Shown here: positions 18,009 through 27,379 of the stretch, in pieces | Numbering within the stretch: position 1 is the stretch's first letter | How the letters are laid out: each line of letters opens with the position of its first letter | IMG/VR virus record: IMGVR_UViG_3300025030_000115 | Location: 1-59,052 of that record | DNA: 59,052 nucleotides | Reading direction: 5' to 3' (one strand) | Source: a virus | Taxonomy: Duplodnaviria > Caudoviricetes | The notes under the pieces: model-generated | The model's database searches: none | What the model was told of the DNA's origin: nothing | The model's input: the letters and a program-made list of their open reading frames with translations, nothing else | Program-made: the position numbers and the translations under genes

Positions 18009-18395
18009 ATGGCGTTAACGGAACAAGAAACGAGGCAAGAGGCAGAAAAGTTTTTGGCGTGGCTCCGACGAAAATATCCAGTGTACACTGCTCAAGTGAA
18101 AGTACTGTACATAAACAAAACAGAACTAAGAGCTGGTGTAGGAGCAATGATCTATCAGTACGGTAATGTGTTTAAGATTCATGTAGCTACCAGACGTGAC
18201 TTTAAATTTGTGCTTCGTGGTCTTGCGCATGAATTTGAACATTTCCGGCAAGTTATGAATGAAGGCATACCTATGAGTAGGATCAGAACTCAGCAGGAAA
18301 AGAATGCTTGGTTTTTCGCATTACAAGCCCTCAGAGAATACAAGAAAGAAGATTCTGAAAGATGGGCTAGGATTACTGGCGAGGAAGTTACTTAA
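18009..18395 (+). CDS. Zincin-like (HExxH) protein
   Basis: LAHEFEHFRQ with a downstream E..A. Confidence 0.65.
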   Translation: MALTEQETRQEAEKFLAWLRRKYPVYTAQVKVLYINKTELRAGVGAMIYQYGNVFKIHVATRRDFKFVLRGLAHEFEHFRQVMNEGIPMSRIRTQQEKNAWFFALQALREYKKEDSERWARITGEEVT

Positions 18396-18413
18396 CAAAA
18401 GGAGGACGAAATA

Positions 18414-18719
18414 ATGAAAAGGAACTACTGGGCAGTTGGGACAAGTTTGCCGGGCGGGAGCTGGATGTTTGAAGGCATCTTTTCGAGTCAAGAAAAGGCT
18501 GTGGAGGCTATTAAAGATACTGCCTCTAGTCCTTTTTGCGGAGATACTTGCTTAAGTGCTGAGGATATGTTTGTTATGTATCCTGTTGAGGTAGATAGTA
18601 TTTCACAAGGGTACGATATTTACTATGCTGATATTTTGTATAGACCTTTGAAAGAGACACCAGAAGAGGGGATTGAGAGACTGATGGAGTATAAGAAATC
18701 TGTGGACGAGGCGTACTAA
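18414..18719 (+). CDS. Hypothetical protein
   Basis: AGGAGG RBS; W.FEGIFSSQEKAVEA. Confidence 0.6.
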   Translation: MKRNYWAVGTSLPGGSWMFEGIFSSQEKAVEAIKDTASSPFCGDTCLSAEDMFVMYPVEVDSISQGYDIYYADILYRPLKETPEEGIERLMEYKKSVDEAY

Positions 18720-19262
18720 ATGACTTGCATAGTTGGCTTATTGGACGGCTCTAGGGTTCTGCTCGGAGGAGATACTTGCGGGTCAAACGGATATTCCTAT
18801 GAGTCTTGTGACCATTCAAAAGTATTTAAAGTGGGTGACTTTCTGATTGGAGGTACTACCAGCTTTAGGATGCTAGACCTGCTTGAGTATAGTTTAAGTA
18901 TTCCTTACGTAACTCCTTCTGACGAGGAAAACATGGATAAGTTTATGAGGACTTCCTTTGTGTCTGCGGTTAGGACCTGTATGAAGGACGGAGGATTTAC
19001 AACGTACAAGAATTCAGTAGAAGAGATAGGGACCTTTCTAGTAGCTTACAAAAATAAACTTTGGAGAATGCAAGATGACTTGAGTATTATAACCAGAAAT
19101 GTTTATGACTCAGTTGGCTGCGGGATGTACGCTGCGGTTGGAAGTTTGCATACTACGGAGGGTATGGAGGTTAGTGCTGAAGATAGAGTTACAAAAGCCT
19201 TGGAAGCAGCGGCTAGTATAATGACTGGGGTAAAAGGTCCGTATAATATTTTGAGTACTTAA
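18720..19262 (+). CDS. HslV/proteasome-beta-like Ntn-hydrolase peptidase
   Basis: N-terminal (M)TCIVG, GGD, KVF, SVGCG..AAVGSL. Confidence 0.78.
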   Translation: MTCIVGLLDGSRVLLGGDTCGSNGYSYESCDHSKVFKVGDFLIGGTTSFRMLDLLEYSLSIPYVTPSDEENMDKFMRTSFVSAVRTCMKDGGFTTYKNSVEEIGTFLVAYKNKLWRMQDDLSIITRNVYDSVGCGMYAAVGSLHTTEGMEVSAEDRVTKALEAAASIMTGVKGPYNILST

Positions 19263-19287
19263 TATTTAATTGAGGAGGTTAGATTGA

Positions 19288-21831
19288 ATGATTAGCCCTA
19301 GATATTCCAAGACGGGTAAATGCTTGGTGTTACTTGATAATGCTACTCCTGAGTGGGTTAAGGAGGGTAGAGTAACACCAAGTGGGCTACAAAAATTAGT
19401 AGGGTATTTTATGCGAAATGGAATATCTTTGGATGATGTTACTTTCGCCTGTCTTACTGATACAGTAGATAAACCTAAGAGTGCAGACTACAAGATTAAA
19501 CATGAATTAATAAAAGAGATGATAGAAATATCTGCTCCCAATCTTGTAGTCACTGTTGGCGCTCAAGTGTTTGAGAAAGTCTCTATGAAGAAGGGAGTAT
19601 CTAAATACTACAAACGGCCTATAAAAGCAGCTCTGTATGGCGATTACAAGTGTCTCGCTTTGCCGAACCCACAAGCTGCTACTTACGATCCTGATATTGT
19701 AAGTATCATCGAAGATTCTATTTCTATGATTAAAACTGAAATGGAATTTCCAGAGATAGTAGAGAAGGAAAAGATCGAGACTAATTATCATATTATTAAT
19801 TCTATTAGTAAGTTTGATAAGTGGCTAGAGTATTACAAAAGTTCCGCTGTTCCAGCCTTCTCTTTTGATACTGAAACTTCGAGTTTCGACTGGTGCAAGG
19901 GTCAGCTTCTAATGATGACCTTTTCTCATAGAGAGGGTGCCAGCTATCTCATTCCAAGTACCTTCTATGGACACTGGACTCCCGAAGAATGGGATCATAT
20001 TAAAAATGGGCTTATAGAACTCTTCTCTGACGAAAAAAAATTGTGGATAGTATGGAATGGTAAATTTGATTTTCACTGGATGCATAGGCATGTAGGCGTC
20101 CCGATAAAACGTTATGGAATCTTTGACGGCTGTGTAGCATCCTTCTGTATTAATGAAAACGAACCTCACGGACTCAAAGATCACTCAGCTAAGTACACAG
20201 ATTTAGGTAATTACGATGACTTCCTAGAAGAAGAAAAGGCTAAATATTGTAAAGAGCACAAGATTAAAATGAAGGACTTTTCGTATTCCTACTTGGACTT
20301 TGACACATTAGCTCACTATGCCTTGCAAGACAGTGATGCTACATTTAGGCTGTGGAAAGTTCTTGAACCAAAACTTAAAGAAGAAGAACAAGAAGAAGTC
20401 TTTAAGATTATGATGGATAATTCTTGGATGCTGTTTCATATTGAGGAAGCAGGTTGGAAGGTAGACTTAGAGTACTGCAAAAAGTATCATGCAGAACTTA
20501 CTGAAGAAATCAATATTATAGAATTAGAGTTGGCTTCTGACAAAATGATTAAGCGTGCAGAGGAACTGATATCTTCTAGGGAACTTATTAAAGTAAATGC
20601 TAAACGTAAGACTAAGCTAAAGTCACTGCCTCAGCCTATTACGTTTAACTTTAACTCTATAGCTCACAAAAAGGTTTTATGTTTTGAAATACTAAAGTTA
20701 CCAATTATCAAGTACGTTAAAAACAAAGATAGAAAGAGTAAAGAGAAAAATCCAGCACTTGACAAAGAAGTAATTAAGGCGTGGTGTAAGGATCATGACA
20801 TTCCAGTGCTACAAAAGTTTGCTAGGTATCAAGAGATAGTCAAAGCTAGATCGACATACGTAGAAGCGGTTATGGCTAAGGAATATAAAGGCAGAGTTCA
20901 TGCCACCTTTAATTTGACCTCAGCAAAGACTGGTAGACTCTCTAGTTCAGGTGGACTTAATATGCAGAATATTAGTTCACATGGAAAAGAGGGCAAGAAG
21001 ATTAAGCGAATGTTTATTGCAGAAGACGATTGTATTTGCGTAGCTAGCGACCTAAAAGCCGCCGAGGTCAGAGCCGCAACGCTAATGAGTAATGATGCTA
21101 AGATGATTGATATTTTCAATAACACTGGCGGATTTGTTCATGAGGCTGTTGCGAAAGCTATATTTAACTTAGATGTAAGTTGTCTTGAAGAAGTAAAGGA
21201 ACAATACCCTAAAGAACGGCAGATAGCTAAATCAATTAGCTTCCTATTGCTGTATGGTGGTTCTAGTTCAGCTCTTGCAAACGCCACCGGAATTACTAGA
21301 GAACGTGCTGAAGAGATTATTCAGGAGTACTTTGATACGTACACCGGAATAAGTGATTGGATTAAGACTACTCACGAATTTATTAGGCAGAATGGTTATT
21401 CAGTATCTCTGCTTGGTAGGAAACGTAGAGTTCCTGGAGTTTTCTCTGAGGACGGTTTTGTAGTTGAACGTGCATTGCGTATGGGTCTTAATGCTATAGT
21501 TCAATCCTTTGGTGCAGACTGTCTAAATATTTCTAGCTGTAATATTCTTGCTGAAATACTTGATAGGAAACTCCCCTTTAAAATTATCTCTACGGTGCAT
21601 GATTGTATTTATCTCGAAGTACCTAAAGACATGGTTGAGGAGGCTAGAGAATTGGTAGAAAGGCATCTCAATAAATTCCCTGTCGAGAATGCCCCCATTG
21701 AACTTGTGGGTGACACTGAAGTAGGTTATTCATGGGATACTTTCACAAACGTAGACAATTACTTGGAAGAACTTAAAAACACCATTGATGAGGCCGACGA
21801 AGAAAATTCAGAAGAGGAGGAAGAAGAATGA
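19288..21831 (+). CDS. polA: Family A DNA polymerase with N-terminal UDG-like and 3'-5' exonuclease domains
   Basis: FDTET, WNGKFD, YALQD (exo); TGRLSS, NMQNI, SDLKAAEVR, RQIAKSISFLLLYG, TVHDCI; N-terminal PNLVVTVGA...LPNPQA resembles the UDG-like fold. Confidence 0.93.
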   Translation: MISPRYSKTGKCLVLLDNATPEWVKEGRVTPSGLQKLVGYFMRNGISLDDVTFACLTDTVDKPKSADYKIKHELIKEMIEISAPNLVVTVGAQVFEKVSMKKGVSKYYKRPIKAALYGDYKCLALPNPQAATYDPDIVSIIEDSISMIKTEMEFPEIVEKEKIETNYHIINSISKFDKWLEYYKSSAVPAFSFDTETSSFDWCKGQLLMMTFSHREGASYLIPSTFYGHWTPEEWDHIKNGLIELFSDEKKLWIVWNGKFDFHWMHRHVGVPIKRYGIFDGCVASFCINENEPHGLKDHSAKYTDLGNYDDFLEEEKAKYCKEHKIKMKDFSYSYLDFDTLAHYALQDSDATFRLWKVLEPKLKEEEQEEVFKIMMDNSWMLFHIEEAGWKVDLEYCKKYHAELTEEINIIELELASDKMIKRAEELISSRELIKVNAKRKTKLKSLPQPITFNFNSIAHKKVLCFEILKLPIIKYVKNKDRKSKEKNPALDKEVIKAWCKDHDIPVLQKFARYQEIVKARSTYVEAVMAKEYKGRVHATFNLTSAKTGRLSSSGGLNMQNISSHGKEGKKIKRMFIAEDDCICVASDLKAAEVRAATLMSNDAKMIDIFNNTGGFVHEAVAKAIFNLDVSCLEEVKEQYPKERQIAKSISFLLLYGGSSSALANATGITRERAEEIIQEYFDTYTGISDWIKTTHEFIRQNGYSVSLLGRKRRVPGVFSEDGFVVERALRMGLNAIVQSFGADCLNISSCNILAEILDRKLPFKIISTVHDCIYLEVPKDMVEEARELVERHLNKFPVENAPIELVGDTEVGYSWDTFTNVDNYLEELKNTIDEADEENSEEEEEE

Positions 21832-22208
21832 TATTTTGTGAAAATTGTAAGTATCTCCAGTGCCCAAATCCACTTGGGTACGGCTATTATCTCGTAAAGA
21901 CAGTCTTTGTAGACCCAACCTATAAAGAAGACCCTGATCGTTCCCCTACAGTTAAACATTCGACAGATTACACTGAGTCTCCAATCTGCAACCACGCACA
22001 ATGCTTTGAAACATCCACCAAAATAACTCCAGTAACCAAACTTGTCACCACATTCAGATTCAGAGGACAAGCGCAGTTAAATAAGAATAACGACTGTAAG
22101 TTCTTTGAACTGAAGCCCGCGCCTAAAATTGAAAAGTCTTCTAAAGGTGGTTCAGTAGCAATAGTAGAAGCACCTAAGCAAAAGCCGTGGTATAAATTCT
22201 GGATGTAA
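21828..22208 (+). CDS. Cys-rich hypothetical protein
   Basis: FCENCKYL...CNH..C...NKNNDCKFF. Confidence 0.6.
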   Translation: MIFCENCKYLQCPNPLGYGYYLVKTVFVDPTYKEDPDRSPTVKHSTDYTESPICNHAQCFETSTKITPVTKLVTTFRFRGQAQLNKNNDCKFFELKPAPKIEKSSKGGSVAIVEAPKQKPWYKFWM

Positions 22209-22244
22209 CAACCCAACAAAAATCTATAAAAAGGTGGTGATAAA

Positions 22245-22370
22245 GTGGCAACAGTAGTACGGTGTGATAAGGAACGCTGTAAATTTAATGACGAAGGGGA
22301 ATGTGTGGCTCAGGTTATTGAACTAGACGAGGAGGGAACTTGCCTTGATTTCGAAAAATTTATCGGATAG
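22245..22370 (+). CDS. DUF1540-like small Cys-rich protein (41 aa, not in the ORF track)
   Basis: AAGGTGGTGA RBS, GTG start; VRCDKERCKFNDEGECVAQVIELDEEGTCLDF. Confidence 0.6.
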   Translation: MATVVRCDKERCKFNDEGECVAQVIELDEEGTCLDFEKFIG

Positions 22371-22665
22371 TCGGGGTTCTTTTTTAAGGTCTGACACTAA
22401 ATGCTGGATTAGCTCTAGTCTATTTTTCATGTGTATCGAAAAGCTTGGCCTCAACGAAAAGATCTACTACATTCCATCTGGTATTGAGTGTACCAACGAA
22501 GAATTAGTTTTCTATGTTGACCATCTGTTCGACGAGCTAGGTCACTTAGAGATGCGTAAGAACTACTGGACAGAGGCTGAAAAGGATGCTAGAAACTACG
22601 TGACTAAGATCGGCTTCGCTTTGAGGGCTTGGGCGCGTGATGGTCATGGGATCAGGGTGGTTTGA
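22345..22665 (+). CDS. Hypothetical protein (start uncertain)
   Basis: ORF track; coupled to the downstream gene. Confidence 0.5.
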   Translation: MISKNLSDSRGSFLRSDTKCWISSSLFFMCIEKLGLNEKIYYIPSGIECTNEELVFYVDHLFDELGHLEMRKNYWTEAEKDARNYVTKIGFALRAWARDGHGIRVV

Positions 22666-22889
22666 TGGTCTACTTAAATAGGTATTGTGTAGGTTGCCGA
22701 AGGTTAATTCCAGAAGACACCAATAGCCCTATCTTAGTAATAGGACAGGCTACCGTAAAATGGAACAAAAAACAACATAAACACTCCGCTAAAACTGACG
22801 GAGAATACGACTGCTTCTGCGAAATCTGTGCAGCCAGAATGATGGAGCTTATTAAGGCTCAACGAGAAAAGGGAGTAAAGGTACTATGA
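22662..22889 (+). CDS. Small Zn-finger-like protein
   Basis: CVGC...FCEIC. Confidence 0.55.
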   Translation: MMVYLNRYCVGCRRLIPEDTNSPILVIGQATVKWNKKQHKHSAKTDGEYDCFCEICAARMMELIKAQREKGVKVL

Positions 22890-23848
22890 ATGTGTTAGTC
22901 CTAGACGTACTTAACTGCGCGTTTACTTTGAAGCATGTTAAAGAGAAAGACCCTCTGTGGCGATTTATAACAGATATTAGAAACATTATGAGTGCTAACA
23001 AAATTCACAAATGTATTCTAGCAACTGACACAGGGCAGAGTCAGTATAGGCTGTCAATGTATCCTCAGTATAAAGAGACAAGACGAGCCAGAAGGGCATC
23101 TGCGACAGAGGACGAGAAAAAGGAATTGCAGGAGTTCTTTGAGGTAGTTAATCAGTTCAAAGAAATGGCTCCTCTGTTTGGTATGGAAGTTGCTACAGTA
23201 GATAAAACTGAAGCGGATGACATTGTGGCGTACTTTGCGATTAATTCTGAGGTTGGCAACTACAAGGCCCACATTCTAAGCTCTGACACCGATTTGTTCC
23301 AGCTCCTCCGTTCGACAGTTGTTCAGAGGTCTTACGCAGAGAAAATGAAGCTAGGCGATACTGACATTCCACCTCAGATATGGGTCACGGAAGATAGGTT
23401 TAAAGAAGTATTTCAAATGACTCCCTCACAATACATGGAAGCTAAATCTATCTCAGGTGATACAGGTGATAGTATTTATTCCCCTGAAGGTGTTGGGAAG
23501 GAGACTGGCTTTAAACTTATCAGGAAATATGGAAGCATCGCTGAGGTCGAAAAGAACGTAGACGAACTTGAGATTCCTAGGTTCTCTTCAAAGGGTAGGG
23601 AAGCACTCAAAAAGGATTTCTGGATGGTTCACCGGAATGTAGAACTGGTAAGTCTTCTCCACACACCTGAAACATTCCAGAAGATTTTCGGAGAGGGGTT
23701 ACCTAAGCTAGAAGACATACTAGCTAGAGTAGATGAACCGCCAAAAGTTAATGAAGAAGCGTTGAAGGAATATTTGTTTGCGACTGGTAGGGTTAACGTC
23801 TACTACGATTTCGACAATTGGGTACGACCATTTAAAGGAGGGTACTAA
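22886..23848 (+). CDS. 5'-3' exonuclease / flap endonuclease (T5 D15-like)
   Basis: YRLSMYPQYK, TEADDIVA, SSDTDLFQL, GDTGDSI..PEGVG. Confidence 0.92.
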   Translation: MNVLVLDVLNCAFTLKHVKEKDPLWRFITDIRNIMSANKIHKCILATDTGQSQYRLSMYPQYKETRRARRASATEDEKKELQEFFEVVNQFKEMAPLFGMEVATVDKTEADDIVAYFAINSEVGNYKAHILSSDTDLFQLLRSTVVQRSYAEKMKLGDTDIPPQIWVTEDRFKEVFQMTPSQYMEAKSISGDTGDSIYSPEGVGKETGFKLIRKYGSIAEVEKNVDELEIPRFSSKGREALKKDFWMVHRNVELVSLLHTPETFQKIFGEGLPKLEDILARVDEPPKVNEEALKEYLFATGRVNVYYDFDNWVRPFKGGY

Positions 23849-24061
23849 ATGCAACTAGTTATTAATTGGAACTACGACGAGAACGACTGTGAGGATTGTG
23901 GAGTTACTGACTCTACTGGAGCCTGTGCTACATTGGATGGAGAAACAGTTTTTAATAAACCGGCTTCTACTAGTTGTTATGAGGCTGTTTACGTTACCAG
24001 AGAAGAAGTTTTGGAAGCTGTTTTGAAGAAACTGGGTGTAGAAATCATCGACAATTATTAG
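23849..24061 (+). CDS. Hypothetical protein
   Basis: AAGGAGG RBS; DCEDCG. Confidence 0.6.
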   Translation: MQLVINWNYDENDCEDCGVTDSTGACATLDGETVFNKPASTSCYEAVYVTREEVLEAVLKKLGVEIIDNY

Positions 24062-24069
24062 GAGGCCCA

Positions 24070-24384
24070 ATGCTATTCGTCGGAGGAACACAGGACGGGA
24101 GAAATCATAAAATTGCGCCAGTAGAACGCTACATGTTTTACATACCATATTGGGATAAAACAACTGCGTACGGCAGATTTGGCATTACCCACACTGGATC
24201 TACTAAATTATCTACAGAAACCTACACCAGAAGAACTTACACCAACAATGATAGAGATAGGTCTTTTGTGGTAATGGCTTTGGAGTCTATGTCTGGTGAC
24301 GAGGTCATGCACAGCCTTGCTGCAGGGTATTATGAAAATAACCCTATCAAGTGGGCAAATAGTACGGACAGGAGGTACTACTAA
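24070..24384 (+). CDS. Hypothetical protein
   Basis: AGGAGG RBS; LFVGGTQDG N-terminus. Confidence 0.6.
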   Translation: MLFVGGTQDGRNHKIAPVERYMFYIPYWDKTTAYGRFGITHTGSTKLSTETYTRRTYTNNDRDRSFVVMALESMSGDEVMHSLAAGYYENNPIKWANSTDRRYY

Positions 24385-24385
24385 A

Positions 24386-24589
24386 ATGGACTGGCAAACT
24401 AAAGTGCTGGAAGATGGAAAAATAAAACTGGAGGGTTCTTCCTACGATGGAGCTGGGGCCTTGATCTACACCAAAGCAGATAAAACGTGCGACCTCTTTG
24501 AAATAACCCAATATGGTACAGCAGAAATCTTCTATGGTAACTACCCATACCTTGTAAAAGCGGCAGAAGTAGCTGAATCTTGGACTTAA
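24386..24589 (+). CDS. Hypothetical protein
   Basis: AGGAGGT RBS before MDWQTK. Confidence 0.6.
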   Translation: MDWQTKVLEDGKIKLEGSSYDGAGALIYTKADKTCDLFEITQYGTAEIFYGNYPYLVKAAEVAESWT

Positions 24590-24609
24590 AAATTATTGAA
24601 AAATAAAGC

Positions 24610-24638
24610 TTGACAAACTACCGACCATGTGATATACT
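24610..24638 (+). promoter_or_regulatory. sigma70-type promoter for the SSB-like gene
   Basis: TTGACA-N17-TATACT with TG extension and an A-rich UP element. Confidence 0.78.
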
Positions 24639-24775
24639 GGGTCTTCAAAGTGAGAAAAGAAAAGGAGGTGATGCTTGTTGCTTGCTTATTAACTATTTAA
24701 ATCTTAACTAGAAACTACTCTAACTTAACACTCTAACTTAATACTCAAAACATTACTCTAAGGAGAATCACTCAA

Positions 24776-25648
24776 ATGGCTAAAACTACTAATGACAAAA
24801 TTACCGCTGCATACGAAGAAATGATGAACCTGCTTTCCCCCGAAGAACGCGCTGCGCTTAAGCAGATGACTGGTCAGGATCAGGGAGGTGGTGGTAGCAA
24901 AACTCCTATTGTTAAAATCAACTATAGGGAGAAGACTGCACAGGACGGTACGAAGATCGCTAAAGGTAACTTCTGTGTTGGTCAGAAAAATGCTACGGTA
25001 GACGGTAAGACTGTCATGCTTACGGCTGGTACTGACTTGGGTTCTGAACTCACAGCCGTAATTCTTAAGAAAGGGCAGCAGTTCAGTTTCTGGGACAACG
25101 ATGCTAAGAAGCGTTGCAGCTCGCAGGTTATTTGTGAGCGTGGCGAAGTACCTACCGGATACAATCTTAAAAATGTCTGCAACGACAAAAGCTGCCCTCG
25201 TCGTAAAGATGGAATTGACAAAGGTGATAAATGCACTTGTCAGTACGTTGTCTATCTTCGCCTTCCGGCTGGCACCAAACTGCCTGACGGGACACCTTGC
25301 GAAGTTGCTATGATGTACATTAAAGGCAACTCTTACATGCCTTTCCAAGCTTACATGGAAACTGAACTGAAGAGCATCCCGTCCATCGCTGTCAACACTG
25401 TTCTGTCTACCGAAGAGTGTGAGCAGGGAGCCACTCTGTTTTACGAACTGAAATTCGCTAAGGGTGCTCCGGTTACTAAGGAAGTGTTCACTGAGAATTT
25501 CCAGATGGTAAGCGGAATTAATAAGCAGCTCGTTGAGTACAAAGAAGAGCAAGCTAAAAAGATGCTGGAAGGTCCGAAAGATTCTTCTGGCGGTAGTTCA
25601 TACGGCAATGCTACTGTTGTTAATGACGAAGATAACATCGCATGGTGA
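24776..25648 (+). CDS. Putative ssDNA-binding/recombination protein (T5 D11-like position)
   Basis: Own promoter and terminator; codon usage suggests high expression; acidic C-terminus ending in an aromatic residue (NDEDNIAW); upstream of SbcD/SbcC. Confidence 0.6.
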   Translation: MAKTTNDKITAAYEEMMNLLSPEERAALKQMTGQDQGGGGSKTPIVKINYREKTAQDGTKIAKGNFCVGQKNATVDGKTVMLTAGTDLGSELTAVILKKGQQFSFWDNDAKKRCSSQVICERGEVPTGYNLKNVCNDKSCPRRKDGIDKGDKCTCQYVVYLRLPAGTKLPDGTPCEVAMMYIKGNSYMPFQAYMETELKSIPSIAVNTVLSTEECEQGATLFYELKFAKGAPVTKEVFTENFQMVSGINKQLVEYKEEQAKKMLEGPKDSSGGSSYGNATVVNDEDNIAW

Positions 25649-25659
25649 TCTAAGTAATT

Positions 25660-25673
25660 TAGGTAATTACCTA
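25660..25673. promoter_or_regulatory. Palindrome TAGGTAATTACCTA (perfect copy 2)
   Basis: Intergenic, just before a terminator. Confidence 0.7.
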
Positions 25674-25677
25674 TTTA

Positions 25678-25703
25678 GGAGGGTTTCGGCCCTCCTTACT
25701 TTT
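25678..25703 (+). terminator. Rho-independent terminator
   Basis: GGAGGGT-TTCG-GCCCTCC followed by TTACTTTT. Confidence 0.75.
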
Positions 25704-25724
25704 AACTAATAAGGAGGCTATAAA

Positions 25725-26054
25725 ATGTTTAGCATTTTCAACCGTAAGGCAGACAAGAAATTTACCGCAGCAATTTCTGGCATTGAGAAGTACGTAGCTA
25801 AATTTGAAGAAGCTGCTAAAGCTGCCGACACAGAGATGCAAGCAGAAGAAGATAGGCTGGGCAAACTTGTGGATAAGGCTGACAAAGCCACTGAAGCGGC
25901 TTACGAGATGTACCGTCAGATTGAAATTAAGGCAATTGAGAAAGTTGACGAAGCAACGGCTAAAGCAGAAGCCCGTAAAGCAGAACTGCTGGCTATTGCA
26001 ACTAAGGCTAAAACTGCTGTAGAGAATCATAGGAAAATTTACCTGTCTAACTAA
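25725..26054 (+). CDS. Ala/Glu/Lys-rich coiled-coil protein
   Basis: AAGGAGG RBS. Confidence 0.7.
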   Translation: MFSIFNRKADKKFTAAISGIEKYVAKFEEAAKAADTEMQAEEDRLGKLVDKADKATEAAYEMYRQIEIKAIEKVDEATAKAEARKAELLAIATKAKTAVENHRKIYLSN

Positions 26055-26066
26055 CCGGATAACTAC

Positions 26067-27038
26067 ATGAATAGCAAATTCTTAGCTGTAGCAGATTGTC
26101 ATTTCAAGTTCCTTAACGGAGTAAATAAGAAGTGGCAGCGAGCCAGATACAAAAAGTTCATAGATGATATCGTTGCTAAGTGTGTCGAGGAAGGCTTTAT
26201 TCTCATAATTGCCGGAGACACATTTGAGTCAATAAACCCTAAGAGAGATGAGTTAAAAACTTTTCTCTACTTCCTACACTCCTTAGAAAAGAACAAAATA
26301 ACAACTCTCTTAGTAAGTGGCAACCATGAGACGATTTCATCCGGCAGTAGTATTTTGGACTACTTAGAACTATCTAGGTTCTCTAACTTATACTACAGGA
26401 AAAATTACGTAGCAAATGACACGACATATCATCTGGTAAATCACGATAGCATCCACTCTTACAAGCCAACGCTAAACAAGCACAACGTACTCATCTCACA
26501 TTTCCGTTGCACAGTAAACAAATTTATAACCGAAGAAATTAACGTAGCTGAATTTACTAGCCCCTATGATCTATGCATTGTAGGGGATATTCATTCTCCG
26601 TTTGATTTTGGCAATGTATGGTACTGCAACAATCCAATCAACAAAGAATTTGAAGCAGAACCTAACTGCGGTTATTTAGAGGTTAGAAGGAAACTTACAG
26701 GATGGGACGTTCAGCGAATACCTACAGACTATCCTGCTCTGGTATTTAAGAAGTGTAATGCTAAAGAGTATGATACGTTAGATATCAAAGACACTGAAAA
26801 CTTCTACAAAATAGAAGTGGCAGGTAGTCCTCAAGAATTAAGGTTAGTGCAGCCTATCCCTAACTCCATTCTTCATAAAATTCCTTTGGTGCCAGCTTCG
26901 CTAAAGGTCGAAGAGGGAGACTCTGAAATAGTCGGAAGCACTGGCGGCGAAGAAGGACTAATCAGTTACATGAAATCAATGAAATATTCAGATCAACTTG
27001 TGTCAGACATGCTAACTGAATTAGGGAGGGAACTGTGA
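26067..27038 (+). CDS. SbcD/Mre11-like nuclease
   Basis: ADCH, IAGDTFE, SGNHE, ISH, GDIH. Confidence 0.88.
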   Translation: MNSKFLAVADCHFKFLNGVNKKWQRARYKKFIDDIVAKCVEEGFILIIAGDTFESINPKRDELKTFLYFLHSLEKNKITTLLVSGNHETISSGSSILDYLELSRFSNLYYRKNYVANDTTYHLVNHDSIHSYKPTLNKHNVLISHFRCTVNKFITEEINVAEFTSPYDLCIVGDIHSPFDFGNVWYCNNPINKEFEAEPNCGYLEVRRKLTGWDVQRIPTDYPALVFKKCNAKEYDTLDIKDTENFYKIEVAGSPQELRLVQPIPNSILHKIPLVPASLKVEEGDSEIVGSTGGEEGLISYMKSMKYSDQLVSDMLTELGREL

Positions 27039-27379
27039 ACTGCATCGAAGTAGCCACCTTTACTGCTCAAATCTACGTAGGACTAAAAGTGGGCTATGGT
27101 ATTTATGAACATCCGGCTGTCGAGGCACACCGTATTTGTCAAACCTATTGTGACAAAGTAAAACTATGTGTAACTGTAACTCCGACAGCCTTTCATTACG
27201 TAGATGGTAATGAGGAGGGGGTTATCGTAGGACTTATAAATTATCCTAGATTTCCTTCTACTCCTGAGAAGATAACCGAACAGGCCGTAGAACTTGCCAA
27301 ATTACTTAAAGAAGGGCTTAACCAAAACCGAGTTAGCATCGTAACGCCTACTAAAACCATAATGCTAGGAGAGCCATGA
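27035..27379 (+). CDS. Conserved phage hypothetical protein
   Basis: CVTVTPT.FHYVDGNEEGVIVGLINYPRFP; overlaps both neighbours. Confidence 0.7.
   Translation: MNCIEVATFTAQIYVGLKVGYGIYEHPAVEAHRICQTYCDKVKLCVTVTPTAFHYVDGNEEGVIVGLINYPRFPSTPEKITEQAVELAKLLKEGLNQNRVSIVTPTKTIMLGEP

Noticed and set aside
24758-25552. 264-aa minus-strand ORF
   Set aside because: Antisense to the SSB-like gene; explained by codon bias; no motifs or RBS.
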